Assembly (NCBI GenBank): GCA_047967505.1
Contig: CM106538.1
Direction: 5' to 3' (one strand)
Source of the DNA: Dipteris shenzhenensis
Taxonomy: Eukaryota
Length of the DNA stretch: 64,000 bases
The notes beneath the pieces were generated by a model that was not told the DNA's origin, did not search any database, and saw only the letters and a program-made list of their open reading frames with translations. Below are positions 52,970 to 64,000 of this stretch, piece by piece. Made by a program: the position numbers and the translations under genes. Position 1 is the first letter of the stretch. Every line of letters starts with the position of its first letter.

Positions 52970-55900
52970 CAATAGAGGGAGAAGAAATGGATGAAGTCAA
53001 TATGGAGGCACTCCCTTCTACTTCAACAATGCAACCACCTCTAAATTTGATTGAAGAATCCGATGAGCACAAGAGATTTAAAGACACCATGGAAAAGTAG
53101 AATGACCCCAAACATAGAATACAAGCTATGACAGAGACCCATTCTGCAAATTTAGCTGAATTGGATAAAATGGAGAGCTCATTTGAAGTTAGGACCATTT
53201 TGAAACGAGAACATCAGTATTTGAGCTTTGGTAGAGAGGAGGTTTCAATCCTCTCCAATCCTTTAAAAGAGGTTAATGACAATGTTATCTTGGCCATTCT
53301 TAGGTAACGTTTGTTTATTTGTTGCTACTTCAATGAGCTAACATTTGTTTATTTATTCATAGTGTAGTTATATATCAGTTTCCTAGTGCGGAATACAAAT
53401 CAATTCTATGAGCTAACGTTTGTTTATTTATTGGTGCAGTGTAGTTATTTCTCAGCTTCCTAGTGCAGTGCAGCATTGTGTCTACATGCTCGATGCTCTC
53501 CTTTCTTCTATTCTTAGCTCTCCTCAAAAGACTATAGAAGATGTCTGTACCTGGTTAAGCCCTTTGAATTTAGATGGGGTGTGAGTCATCTTAATGCCTT
53601 ATCATGAGGCGTAAGTATCAACTCTAACCTTATTTTTACTATTTCTTTGGCAAGTTTGTGTAAAACAATAATCATTTTTATTCTGGTTGTGTAGCTCACA
53701 TTGGAGTCTGATCATCTGGGACCTTGAACTCAACCGTTTGTGGTTTGTGAATTCAATGGAAGGCTATCATGCCAACTCCCCAAGGTAATTATTCTCTTAA
53801 TATTTTTGATACTTTCTTATTTTGTATCTTATGATCATGACATATTAATATATTTAATATGTCATGATGGACAGTGCTGTATATCTGCTAGTATTTGCTG
53901 TCAAAACAACCACGGAGCAACAAGATCAAGTAGAATTCAAAAGACGTCTGCCAGTGGAGCAAAAAGATGGGCACAGCCGTGGGTGGAGAGTTGTCTACAA
54001 CTGCATGTTGTTTCTTAGAGAGATTTTTGATTTGGAGTTACCAGTCAAAATGGAATCATATATAGAAGCCGATCTGCTAGCATTTCGAGCTGAGAGTATT
54101 CAGTGTCTAATTACTACCATTGGGAAACAACCTAAAAATATGACTACATTGCAACATGTATAAAACCTTATCTTTATACTTGTATGCTTGTTCAAGCCTT
54201 TAATTGGGATGTGTAAATCTCATAACTTTTTTACATTTTGCTCCAAGAGGAGAAGAGACCGAGTCTAATGAAAGCATGCTATCTTTATACTTCTATGATT
54301 ATTTAAACCTTTATTTTTATTTAGGATGTGTAAATCTCATAACTTTTTAAATTTTTTCTCCAAGAGGAGGAGAGACTCACTCTAATGAAAGCATGTATGA
54401 AACCTTACTTTTTAAATTTTTGCTCCAAGTGGAGGAGAGATTCACTCTAATGAAAGCATGTATGAAACCTTATCTGCTTGTTTAAGCCTTTATTTGGGAT
54501 GTGTACATCGCATAACTTTTTTATATTTTTATAGCAGAAGGAGGATGTAGAAGACATAGCAAGTGAAGAAGAATACGATGTAGACTACTCTCTCAATAAG
54601 ATGAGTCATGAAAATATAAATCTATTGGAGCAGATTGGAAGTTCATTCACCGCTATGTTGTTAATGCGACAACAACCTCATTTTTTTGAATTTGGTGAAG
54701 AAGAGATTTCAATCCTCTTAAATCCTAAGAAAGAGGTTAATGTCAAAGTCATTACAACCATCCTCAGGTTTGATGCAGCCTTTTCCTTGGCTTTATACTT
54801 TGCTTATTTTGATTAAATCCAAGAAGCTAATACTTTTTTTTAAAATATAGTAATGTTATAGCAAATTTTTCACAAAATATACAAAGCATTTCATATATGC
54901 TCGATCCTCGTATTTCAGAAGTGCTTAGCAACAAAGAAGACACCATAGAGGATGTTTGCAAGTGGTTGAAGCACGTTCCTATGAATGATGCACGAGTTAT
55001 TTTTACAGTATATTATGAGAAGTAAGCATCAAACCCTACTTGTTTTTTCTATTGCATTGCTAGAATTGTCTCAAACATAATAATTATTCTTTATTGATAA
55101 TGCAGCTCACATTGGAGTCTGGTAGTCATGGACATCTTTGCGAAGAAGTGCTTCTTTGCCAACTCAATGACATCTGTCCATGGCACTGTGTTAGAGTAAG
55201 TATAGACTACACTTCTTGTCACTTCTTGACATGTAGATTGATATGCAATGCACATATTCACTATTGTTATATGTTTTGATGTGCAGATCAGCTCGAAAGT
55301 TAGTAGGTGCTATTGACACAATAATGCGGCAATGTGACTTGGCACAACAAATAGAGTATATAACATGTTAGGTATCACATCAAGAGAATAGCCACATCTA
55401 TAATTGTGGACTCATTGTGGATGGAGGGTGGGCTACAATTGCTTTTTGGTACTTGGTCAAATTTTTGAGATACAAAATGACACCACACTGTCAACATATA
55501 TGGATTTGCATCTCTATGCATTTATAACATGTACCATCCGAGCAATCATTAAGGGTGACATTATGGACCCTCCCACAAGGCAAATAGATAATGGCTCAGA
55601 GGAGTGCGAAATGAATGCCGTCAAAGAGTCAAAGGGGATAGAAGACCTCAACTCTACAAACATGGCTTCATTGGAAGAATTGGGAAGCTCTTTTAATGTT
55701 AGGGTTATGATTCAACATAGACCTCCGTATCTTGAATTTGGGGGAGAGGAGATTTCAATCCTCTCTAGAGCTTCAAATGAGGTCAATAACAACGTTATGA
55801 TGGCCATTCTCAGGTTTGATACAAACTTTTTCTCTGCTTGATAATTCAATATTTTGATTAAATCTAATAAGCTAATATTCATTTATTTGTTGGTGCAGTA

Positions 55901-56745
55901 TAGTTATCTCACGATTTGGTAGAGCCGTACAAAACCATGTGTATATGTTGGATTCCCTTCTTTCTCCTATACTTAATGATAGCAGAAAGACAATAGCCGA
56001 TGTTTGTAAATGGTTACAGCCTTTACATTTACATGGCGTGCGAGTCCTATTTATGGCATATCACGAGATGTAAGTATCATGGCAACCTTTATTTTCATCT
56101 TATACTGGCAACATTGTGTTAAATAATAATGGTTCTTAATTATTCGTGTAGGGAACATTGGAGTCTGGTGGTTTGGGACCTTGAAGACAACTATTGTTGG
56201 TTTGTTAACTCAATTGCAGGCTTTCATGGCTCAGTTCAAACGTAAGTATTCTATTAATCTGTTGTTACTTCTATATTATGTACCTTATGTAATAGACACA
56301 CTAAGTTTTTTTAATATGTCATGATGAGCAAGTCGATTGAGAAGTTGGTATCTGCTATCAAAGAAACAGGACAGTACAAAGATTCAGTAGACTTCTAAAA
56401 GCATTTAGTAGTAGAGCAGGAAGATGGGCATAGTTGTGGGTGGAGAGTTGCCTACAACTGCATGTTGATTTTCAATGAAATTTTCTCACTTAAGCCATAG
56501 ATCTCATCGGAAGACTCTTTGGAGCTCAAATATTCAGAGGAGGATATACAATTGTTTAGGGCTGAAATCATTCGAGACCTAATTGTTGCCATTAGAATAC
56601 AACGTGCAACTGAAGCAATATCAGAGCTTGCATTTAAGGAAGAGGAGATTGAGTCTACTGTGAAAGCACTGCACACTACAGAAGAAGTAGAGACTCAGTG
56701 TACACCTACAGCACCACAGCCTCCACTGGAAGCATCAGAAGAGTT
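52970..56745 (+). pseudogene. Intron-containing gene with three tandem Ulp1/peptidase C48 (SUMO protease-like) modules
   Basis: HWSL(I/V)(I/V)xD at 53699, 55110 and 56156, each followed by F(V/A)NS. QKDGHSRGWRV (~53960), ...CGWRVGYN (~55415) and QEDGHSCGWRVAYN (56417). Repeated FGxEE(V/I)SIL exon and equivalent GT..AG introns. Confidence 0.8.
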
Positions 56746-56747
56746 GC

Positions 56748-58320
56748 TGCTTTGTGGCAACCTTTGCCAGGCAAGGTCGGTGAAGGACTCTTGGATTTTC
56801 GTTGAGCAAGCAACTAGGACAACAATGTTAGGAGCATTCTAGAGAACCCATGTCAAATAGCTGGAGCAAACAATGCACCAGGATAATAAAATATTCTTGG
56901 CGGTGCTCAATAAAATAAGGATAGGTACACAAATAGAAGAAGACATCGACAACATGAACGATTGTCACTTCAAAACACCAGCACATAAGAATGACATATG
57001 GCACTTGTTCTACACTAACAAAGCAAAGGACATACACAACGTCGCCGTCTTTGAGAGTCTCAAAGGCATTCCACACATTCTAAATGCAAATGACGTCAAG
57101 CACAGAGCTTGCAGCAAAACAATAAAAATACCTGAAGACCCCAGGAAAATAGTTGGGCTGCACCGCCAACTTCAGCTTAAACCAGGAATGATCATAGAGA
57201 TTTGTTGAAGGAACCTAGATATCAACGATGGCATCATGAATGGGGCTAATGGTCTATTCAAGGACTCCGACATGACAAAGAAACCATCGATAGTCTGAGT
57301 AGAATTTAGTGACAAGAAAGTAGGAGAGAGAGCGCATTGCGAATTCAAAAGTCTATACGACAAGAATATGCCAACAACAAGGACATCGATGCTACGCGTC
57401 GCCTGCGAGATCCAAATTGGCAACAACAACCTAAACACAATAACTAGGAAACAATTCTTGATCCAACCGGCAGCGGGAAGAACGATCCATCATTCACAGG
57501 GGCTAACATTGGAAGCCCTCGCACTTGATCTGATGGGAATAAGGACGCATGGACTAGTATACATGGCAATGACAAGGGTGAACGACCCCAGAAGTGATAC
57601 TCTTAACAAAGCTAGATAGCAAGCAGGTAAAAGTAGATGGACAAGTCTTACACGAGCTCTCGAGATTGCGGGCGGAGAGCATATAGGAGTTTAAACAACA
57701 AGATTTCAACAAAAACAAAGATGGGGTCAAAACTCTGCAAAGCTTGAACACGCAATCATTTCAGCTTCATAAAGACAACATAATGGCATCTGAAAGCATA
57801 CTCATCACGACCATCCTGTGCTTCTAAGAAACGCACTCAAAAAAACACCACACAATGAGTTTGCCATTTCCATATGAAAGCTCAACGTCAGATGGGTTCA
57901 AGGATGGGTTAGGCATCGCAACCTTCTATGGAGAGGAGTTAGAACTGAGCAAGTGCAAAGAAACCTTCGAGGATGGATGCGAGTGCTTACTTCTGGTCTT
58001 ACTAACAAAAAGAAAAGAAAAGCTGGCGGTTCTAAACACATACAAATCACAAAAAACAAAAACAACATTGCTTCAGAGCATTGTCGAAATGCTAGGAGAA
58101 ATACCAAAAGGGGCGACGACATATGTTGTGGGTGACTTCAACATTGACTACAATTTGAACAAATCACCAACAATAAGATTAAAACAACTATTCAAATACC
58201 ATAAGAAAGCACTATAATACACGGCTCTACTATTGATCACATTTAGACAAACTCAAATCAACAGCACAAAATGTACAGAACAAACTACATTATTGATCCG
58301 ACCATTCGCTAACAATAGAT
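56748..58320 (+). pseudogene. C-terminal half of a PIF1-family helicase followed by an AP-endonuclease-like (EEP) domain, Helentron type
   Basis: CGNLCQ (motif III-like), QDNKIFLAVLNKIRIG, NLDINDGIMNG, RKQFLIQPAAGRTIHHSQGLTL and GLVYMAMTRV. EN motifs SLNTQS, LCFxETH, VVGDFNID and TIDHIxTN. Confidence 0.85.
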
Positions 58321-58896
58321 GCATAAAAAAGCAAGGGGGGCAAGGATTTCGGGTTGAACCCACAACAGAGAATCTGGCAAGCCCATTGAAGAACCTTCAA
58401 CCCTTTTTTTTTTTTTGTGTGTGTAAACGTTTGGTTTAATAAAAGACAACATAAAGTTCTTGAAGTTTGATTTAATGAAAGAGAACTTAAAGTTTGAGAT
58501 TAATAAATGAAACCTTAAATTTTAATAAAGGTAATCTAAGCTAATTGTTCGTCTTCAACGTCCAATAGTGAAAGCTTCTTCTACTTCCTAACATTTGGGC
58601 TTGCATCTCAAAGGAGTAAGGCTGCTGGACCTGGAGTAGCCTGTGTAGTCAGTGCAAGGACTAAAGCCTCAGGGCGTGCCCCTAGAGATTGAAATTTAAA
58701 CCAACGATGTGTTGCAAGAGCCAAGCACACAGGGCACGACAAATCGTGAGGTGTGTAAGCTTTGTGCATATTGGTCGCTCCAACTGGCTATAGAGGAGAA
58801 AGTCCACGGAAGCGTGTGCAGTGATGGCAAGACTTCCTCTTTGCCAAAAACTGTAGTGCTTTTGGAGTAGACTCAGTATCCTCTTCCTTAAATGCA

Positions 58897-60400
58897 TGGT
58901 AAGTAGAGCAGGCAAAGTTCTTTGTAATGGTTTTCAGGTTCTTCCACTTTATTGTAAATATTGAATCGTATTATTCTGTCTCTTTTTCTTTTCTTGTTGT
59001 GGCCGGCCTTGGCTATGTCTTGGCTCTTCGCAAATGAGGCCAAACAAAGGTTCTGCAATGCTATCCACCTATTGGTGTATTTTTTAGTTATGTCGTCAAA
59101 GAACATGTCGGAGCTCTTTGGATGGAGCATCTCTAATTGGGCGCGTCACTTCAGCAAGAGCGTCATGTCCTCCAATGGGTTTGTGTTTATGTATATGAAT
59201 TCTCTCGTGGAAGCAGTCAGCGGCAGAGAAAGATATAAGTAGATGGCTTGTTGTGCGCTTATGTGTTGCGTGTTTTCTCGATCTTGCATACTCGCTCATC
59301 GACAGGCGCGCTACCTTCACGGCTTTGCTTGTCTCCTTGTCAATCTTTGTCATGTAAGACGTCTAGTACGAAGCTGCTCCGTCGGGCTTCAAAACGAATT
59401 GGATGTCGGCATTTGCTCCCCACATCTTTGTCCGAACGGGATTGAAATTGTTTGTGTTGATGTCTTTTGGGGCTCTCCTGTTAAACACTTTTGGTTGGCA
59501 GAGGCTGCTTCTATTAGCAAGTTTGTATTCTTGCTCAAACATTGACAGTGCCTGGAAGAATTCGTCAATTGTAAGAGAGGTGATTGATGCGTCTTGCAAA
59601 GCTTTCCTGAAGTTTTGCCTGTGCACTGTCTCGTCTGCGTCAGTTGGTAGGGGCCTGAGAATATTGGTTTCCCACAAAGGTGGTCGTAGGAGCCCGAACC
59701 GACAATCTCTTTTTTTCTTTCGGCATGTTTGCCTGTGCCTATGTGTTTGCAAGTCCTTATGATCAATGTGGAGCTCGTCGGTGTTTGGGGAGATGTACTT
59801 ATCAATGAATTACAGGCCATGGTCATGGTGACTCCCTCTGTTTTGGAATTCTGTGACGAAGAAGAAGAAATTCATTATTGTGCCTACAATTCTTTCATCC
59901 TGCCGCAACAACGTTTTCAGCGCTCGGAATTTGTGGACATAATATTGGGGTGTGTGCAACATTTCATGCAGTGCACGCACAATCAAGGTGGGGCGCACCA
60001 ATCCACTGATGTAGTTGTGCTTGTACTGGATACGCCTTTTGATTGCGACTGCGACTGTGGCACTGTCAACAACAATGAAGCGAGGAAGGACATGTTGAAC
60101 CCTGTCAACATCAGCGAAAACATTGACGCAGTTGTCCTTCGTATGTTAGTTCCCTGAACTGCGCAAAAGGTATCCTAATTGAAATAAGCCGTTGCTCGAC
60201 TTTATTCACGTGAGATTTAGCCTCTCGGACATTTGCATCTTGTCTTTTGAGAACCTGGGTTTCTTGTTGCTGCGTAACTGATCGTAGCAATGCGAGCAAA
60301 CCGGTGGCTCGATGCTGGTTGATGTTAGTTTGGATAGGAAAGTCAAGCATCCACAAAAATTGCATGCGAAGCTTGGTGTGTCATTGATTTTTTTTTGTAA
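58897..60400 (-). pseudogene. Helentron/Helitron2-type Rep (HUH) region, internally deleted
   Basis: VLPRF...AIKRRIQYKHNYISGLVRP N-terminal domain, HUH motif VTEFQNRGSHHDHG (~59815-59865), QTHRHRQTC, NADIQFVL...AASYxTSYMTK (59345-59380), and RIIRFNIYN...LLYLP. Confidence 0.88.
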
Positions 60401-60454
60401 AGGCGATGTGCCTTTGCAATGGTCCTTTTACGTTTTGCACTATCCTTCCCAGTT

Positions 60455-61186
60455 CTAGAGGGGATAGGCGCCTGAGTTTTGCCGATGACAATCAATTCTT
60501 GGTTTGCTTGCCTGCTTGCTGTTGTACATGTCCGCGCTTGCTCGATACATCGCAGCTTTCAATTTGTAGATCTTATTGCATGTAGCCTTGAAATTGTGCG
60601 CAGTTTTCGTATGGGTTTCCTCGTACGCTCCTACTATGTCCTTTGCTAGTGCGTCTAAATTTTCCTGGAGAAGATGCCTCAAGTATACTTCGTCCTCTGT
60701 TGACCAGACGTTGTATGCCCTCTTTTTTTGGATGTGTAGGAGGGGCATGATTGTGTAACGAGAATGTAATTGCTCGTTGCTTTGACGGCCATTTCTTGCT
60801 CGCAAATCGAGAATTTGTTTCAATGAATGTCCATTGCGCAGGAGGATCATGAATGAATCCTGCAGGATTTCTTGCAAGCATCCAACGCAGCGGCATACTA
60901 GCTCGATGGGCTTTGCAAAGTGTTGGAGCGCATGGGAGACGCCATGTCGTTGCCCTTCGTGCGCATCGCTACCGTGCACCAGGTGGCTTCCAGCGCCTGA
61001 TGCCACTTCCTCCCTTTTGTTTTGGCTGATCTTGTGCAGTCGGATCGTTTCCAAAATCGTGGCGTGGATGTGTGGAGGATAAAGTGCGACCAAACAACAA
61101 GCCAGGTCAGTGTTTGATGGATGGCTCATTATGAACTCTTCATCTAGCCTCACATTGTATGATGCCAGATCCATTCCGGATTCCAT
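60455..61186 (-). CDS. Hypothetical protein with a Myb/SANT-like segment, possibly the N-terminal part of the Rep gene
   Basis: 243-aa ORF containing KKRAYNVWSTEDEVYLRHLL...NKIYKLK, on the same strand and immediately upstream of Rep. Confidence 0.4.
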   Translation of the reverse strand: MESGMDLASYNVRLDEEFIMSHPSNTDLACCLVALYPPHIHATILETIRLHKISQNKREEVASGAGSHLVHGSDAHEGQRHGVSHALQHFAKPIELVCRCVGCLQEILQDSFMILLRNGHSLKQILDLRARNGRQSNEQLHSRYTIMPLLHIQKKRAYNVWSTEDEVYLRHLLQENLDALAKDIVGAYEETHTKTAHNFKATCNKIYKLKAAMYRASADMYNSKQASKPRIDCHRQNSGAYPL

Positions 61187-62356
61187 TTTGGCTGCTCTTC
61201 ACCTCGAGCCTTTTGTAGGTGCGAGCAAGAAATTTCTAACGCTGCAAGGTTTGTGTTTGCAGTGGTGCAGTCTTCACGGACAGATGCGGGGCAAAGAGTG
61301 GAAGACTCTACAGAAAATTTTTTTCCAATGCAGATGGGAGAGGCAGTGTTTGAGGCTCTTATGAACGCAAGGGGCAGCTGGGTGTGATTGCATCCACATG
61401 ATGATCACTGAATGTCGCAGCACAACACCTGACAAACAATCTACGAGCCTGTTTCCCAAAGGGATTGTAGCTTTGATGGGTCGGTCATTATTTCCAGAAA
61501 ATCCTTGCTTGTCTTTCGGCGACAGTTGAGGAGGAAGCCTTTTTTGCAATGGAGTTTATTGAGAGGGTGACATGCAAGCAAAGGCGATGTTGCTACGCGA
61601 GAAAGCATTCCCAGGAGCTTGTGCGCTTATCGGGGACGTCCATTTTTTTTTGGAGACCATTGAGAGGAAACTGGAAGAAAGAAACGGCATGAGAAAACCT
61701 CAAAGGACAAGGAGCTACACGAGGATATTGCAATGGAGATTCTCACGATGGCGATGGGAATTGCAGGCGACGATGCTTCAGGAGGAAGTATTGTTAAGAG
61801 GTTGTGCGATTACCGGGAAGGGCATGGAGGGCACTTGTATTTGTGGCCACCATTGAAACGAAACTCGAAGAAAGAAATAGCTTGTGATAAGTTTAAAGGA
61901 TGGGTCATGTCTTTTGTTGCGAGACTACTATAAGGTGCTACAAGAATTATCAAAATTTAAAGTAGATGCAATGGAGGCAAGCATAGGACATTCTATATGC
62001 ACCCAACCAAAAAAAATTATATAATGCACGTACATTTTACTTTTACTTATGGAAGCACGTTCTCTGCGGGCAATGTGCCTTTGCGGAAATCAATTTATAC
62101 AAAATCCAATGTGAACAAACCAATTTATACAACATATGTACATTTTTTTTAAAATTTATGGAAGTACTTACAATGGGGCGCCACTCAAAGGACTGGGTGG
62201 GGAATGTACAATGTGATGTCAAAACACAATGTTTCTACAAAAGCAAGAAACTAACTAGTAGCTGCTGTGCAAGAGAATAGGGGAATGCAAGCTCGATAAA
62301 TAAAGAGTGCAAAGGGGCATGTACAATGAGTGGCCGCATGAGTAAAATCTTTCTGT

Positions 62357-63483
62357 CTAGGCTACCTTAGTGAACGATGTCACGAAGCCGAAGCTATTGA
62401 TTGTGAACTCCCCAAAGGGCCGCTTCTCTGAAAGCATAGTACCGGGTTGCAACAACACTACGGGCATGAAACTCCAGAAATAGGAAATGCAACCCAAGCA
62501 CGTCGTCCACATGTGGCCCTCGAACCTGCACAATGACTCGGTTGCCATCACAGAGAACAACACACCCTTTCAAGGAAGGAACTTGGGAAATGGCTTGGGC
62601 TCCATCGTAGCTATAGCAGTAGGGGTGTGCTGGGTCTCTGCTCACGCGTGTGCCGGTACTCAATAAGGGGGTTATTCAAGGAGCTGATTAAATGGAGGAC
62701 ACCAACTACTTGCAAGAGAAGGAGTTTTGATTAAAAAATAACAGCGGGGCCAATAACATGCGTATACGCACAATTGTTGTAATGTTCACCTTTTTTTCAT
62801 ATCCCAACTGTGAGACCTGACGTGTGAATGCCTCCTACAGAGTCGAATGAAGATTCCCCTTCGGAAGTGCTCTGATAATGGTGAAGTCAAAAACACCTAT
62901 TGCGTGTCGTGCTTGCATGTATGAAATATTTTTCGCAACATACATTACGACGCCCTCCGTAATGAATTCTTCCACCAAGCGCGCAAGGGTGTGCCTCCTA
63001 TTGGCTATAAAAGACAATTGGTAGGTGCGAGGGGAGGTAGGTTAGCAGATGTTGTTGTGCTATCTACCTTATTGAATAACCACATTAGAGTAAAGGAAAG
63101 AAAGCGGCTTACCATAGCGCGGTCCTCGAGGTTTGGCCCATCAACAATGATGACCTGCTCTGCTGGCAGCCCATCTAGGTACACCTTCACAATGACGAAG
63201 GTGAGGGTGTGTCGATAACTGAAGTGAATGGTATGTGCATGTTTTCCATTTGATTAGCCGCCCATGGTGCATACCATTTGATGACATTATCTGGCACGAA
63301 CGAAATCTCTCCATCGAATGGTTTCTCCTTCAAAATAGTGGTGGTTGCATCTACGGGCAGGGAAAAAGATGATGTGCCTCCCTTGCCGAATGCACGTGCT
63401 TTGTATGTACCATACTTTGCCAAAACCCTACCCTTGAAGGCAAAACGGTGTGGCAAACGAAGGTATATTGGTCCTACTTCCAT
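62357..63483 (-). pseudogene. Possible RPA-like OB-fold ssDNA-binding gene remnant
   Basis: FKGRVLAKY...GKGG..FSLPVDATTTI and VVLCDGNRVIVQV beta-strand patterns in consecutive minus-strand ORFs, next to a Helitron-like gene. Confidence 0.35.
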
Positions 63484-64000
63484 CCTCCATTACATGTATG
63501 GCTTGGTGATGTTGTGTGGTGCTAGCAACGGGCTCAGCTATGCTCTTTAATTTGGCGGGTACAACGTTAGAGCTAGTTGGGAGAATACATGAAGAAAAGT
63601 TATGAGAAAATGTTGTTCGTTCTTGTTGGCATTACGCAACTTGTACTACAAAACCAATTCTTGTTATACAATTCACTCCGCTTTATGCGAAGCCTCTTCA
63701 AAGTTTTTATTGGTTTTTTGTCTTTAAAAAAGTGCAAGTGTCGTTTCCACAGTGCATGTGCTCAACATTTCTATCTTGTGCTACAAGAAAACACACTTGG
63801 AGCGTGCATAAGTTGTTTGAGAACTGACGCGCGTGAGCAACTGGTTGGTAGGGGTCGCAATAATGCAAAGGGGGTGGTGCTATTATGAACTTGGAAAAAA
63901 AACATTATTCTTGCAAGAATTCTATTTCAAAGGACTGGGTTGCAGCAATAGGATTCAAAAAACCAAGTAAGATAGTTTGGAGTTTCAGTTATTCACTTTT

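Noticed and set aside
56519-56842. Genuine Ulp1-helicase fusion protein
   Set aside because: The junction coincides with the inferred inversion breakpoint, and the helicase lacks Walker A/B.
58345-58420. Helentron 3' hairpin (GGGTTGAA...TTCAACCC then T-tract)
   Set aside because: Only an 8-bp stem with a long loop and no matching subterminal repeat found; too weak to call.

Overview
Repeat-rich eukaryotic DNA, almost certainly a land plant (a fern or other non-angiosperm is my guess, not shown). There is one clear host gene, a transmembrane + SPRY-domain protein at 19.5-21.1 kb. The first 19 kb is TE debris: a Gypsy 3' end, a LINE remnant, Copia RT and Gypsy RNase H fragments, a MITE and a SINE-like piece. 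A degenerate Copia at 23.5-28.3 kb has its 3' LTR cut off after 92 bp. From that point to the window end lies a >35 kb block that reads like one giant cargo-carrying DNA element. In order it holds: a ~1170-codon Sola-like DDD transposase (-); a 5.7 kb satellite of palindromic ~182-bp monomers in trimeric higher-order repeats; a CCAAT/TATA promoter followed by a G-quadruplex/GA-rich putative intron; a large gene with a ParB/DGQHR-like domain and a degenerate N4/N6 DNA-methyltransferase-like C-terminus, split in frame by a young Copia; three tandem Ulp1/C48 protease modules; and a Helentron-type Rep/PIF1/AP-endonuclease gene scrambled by a mappable 2.1 kb inversion, plus Myb-like and RPA-like ORFs. 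All domain calls come from motif reading by eye, not database searches.
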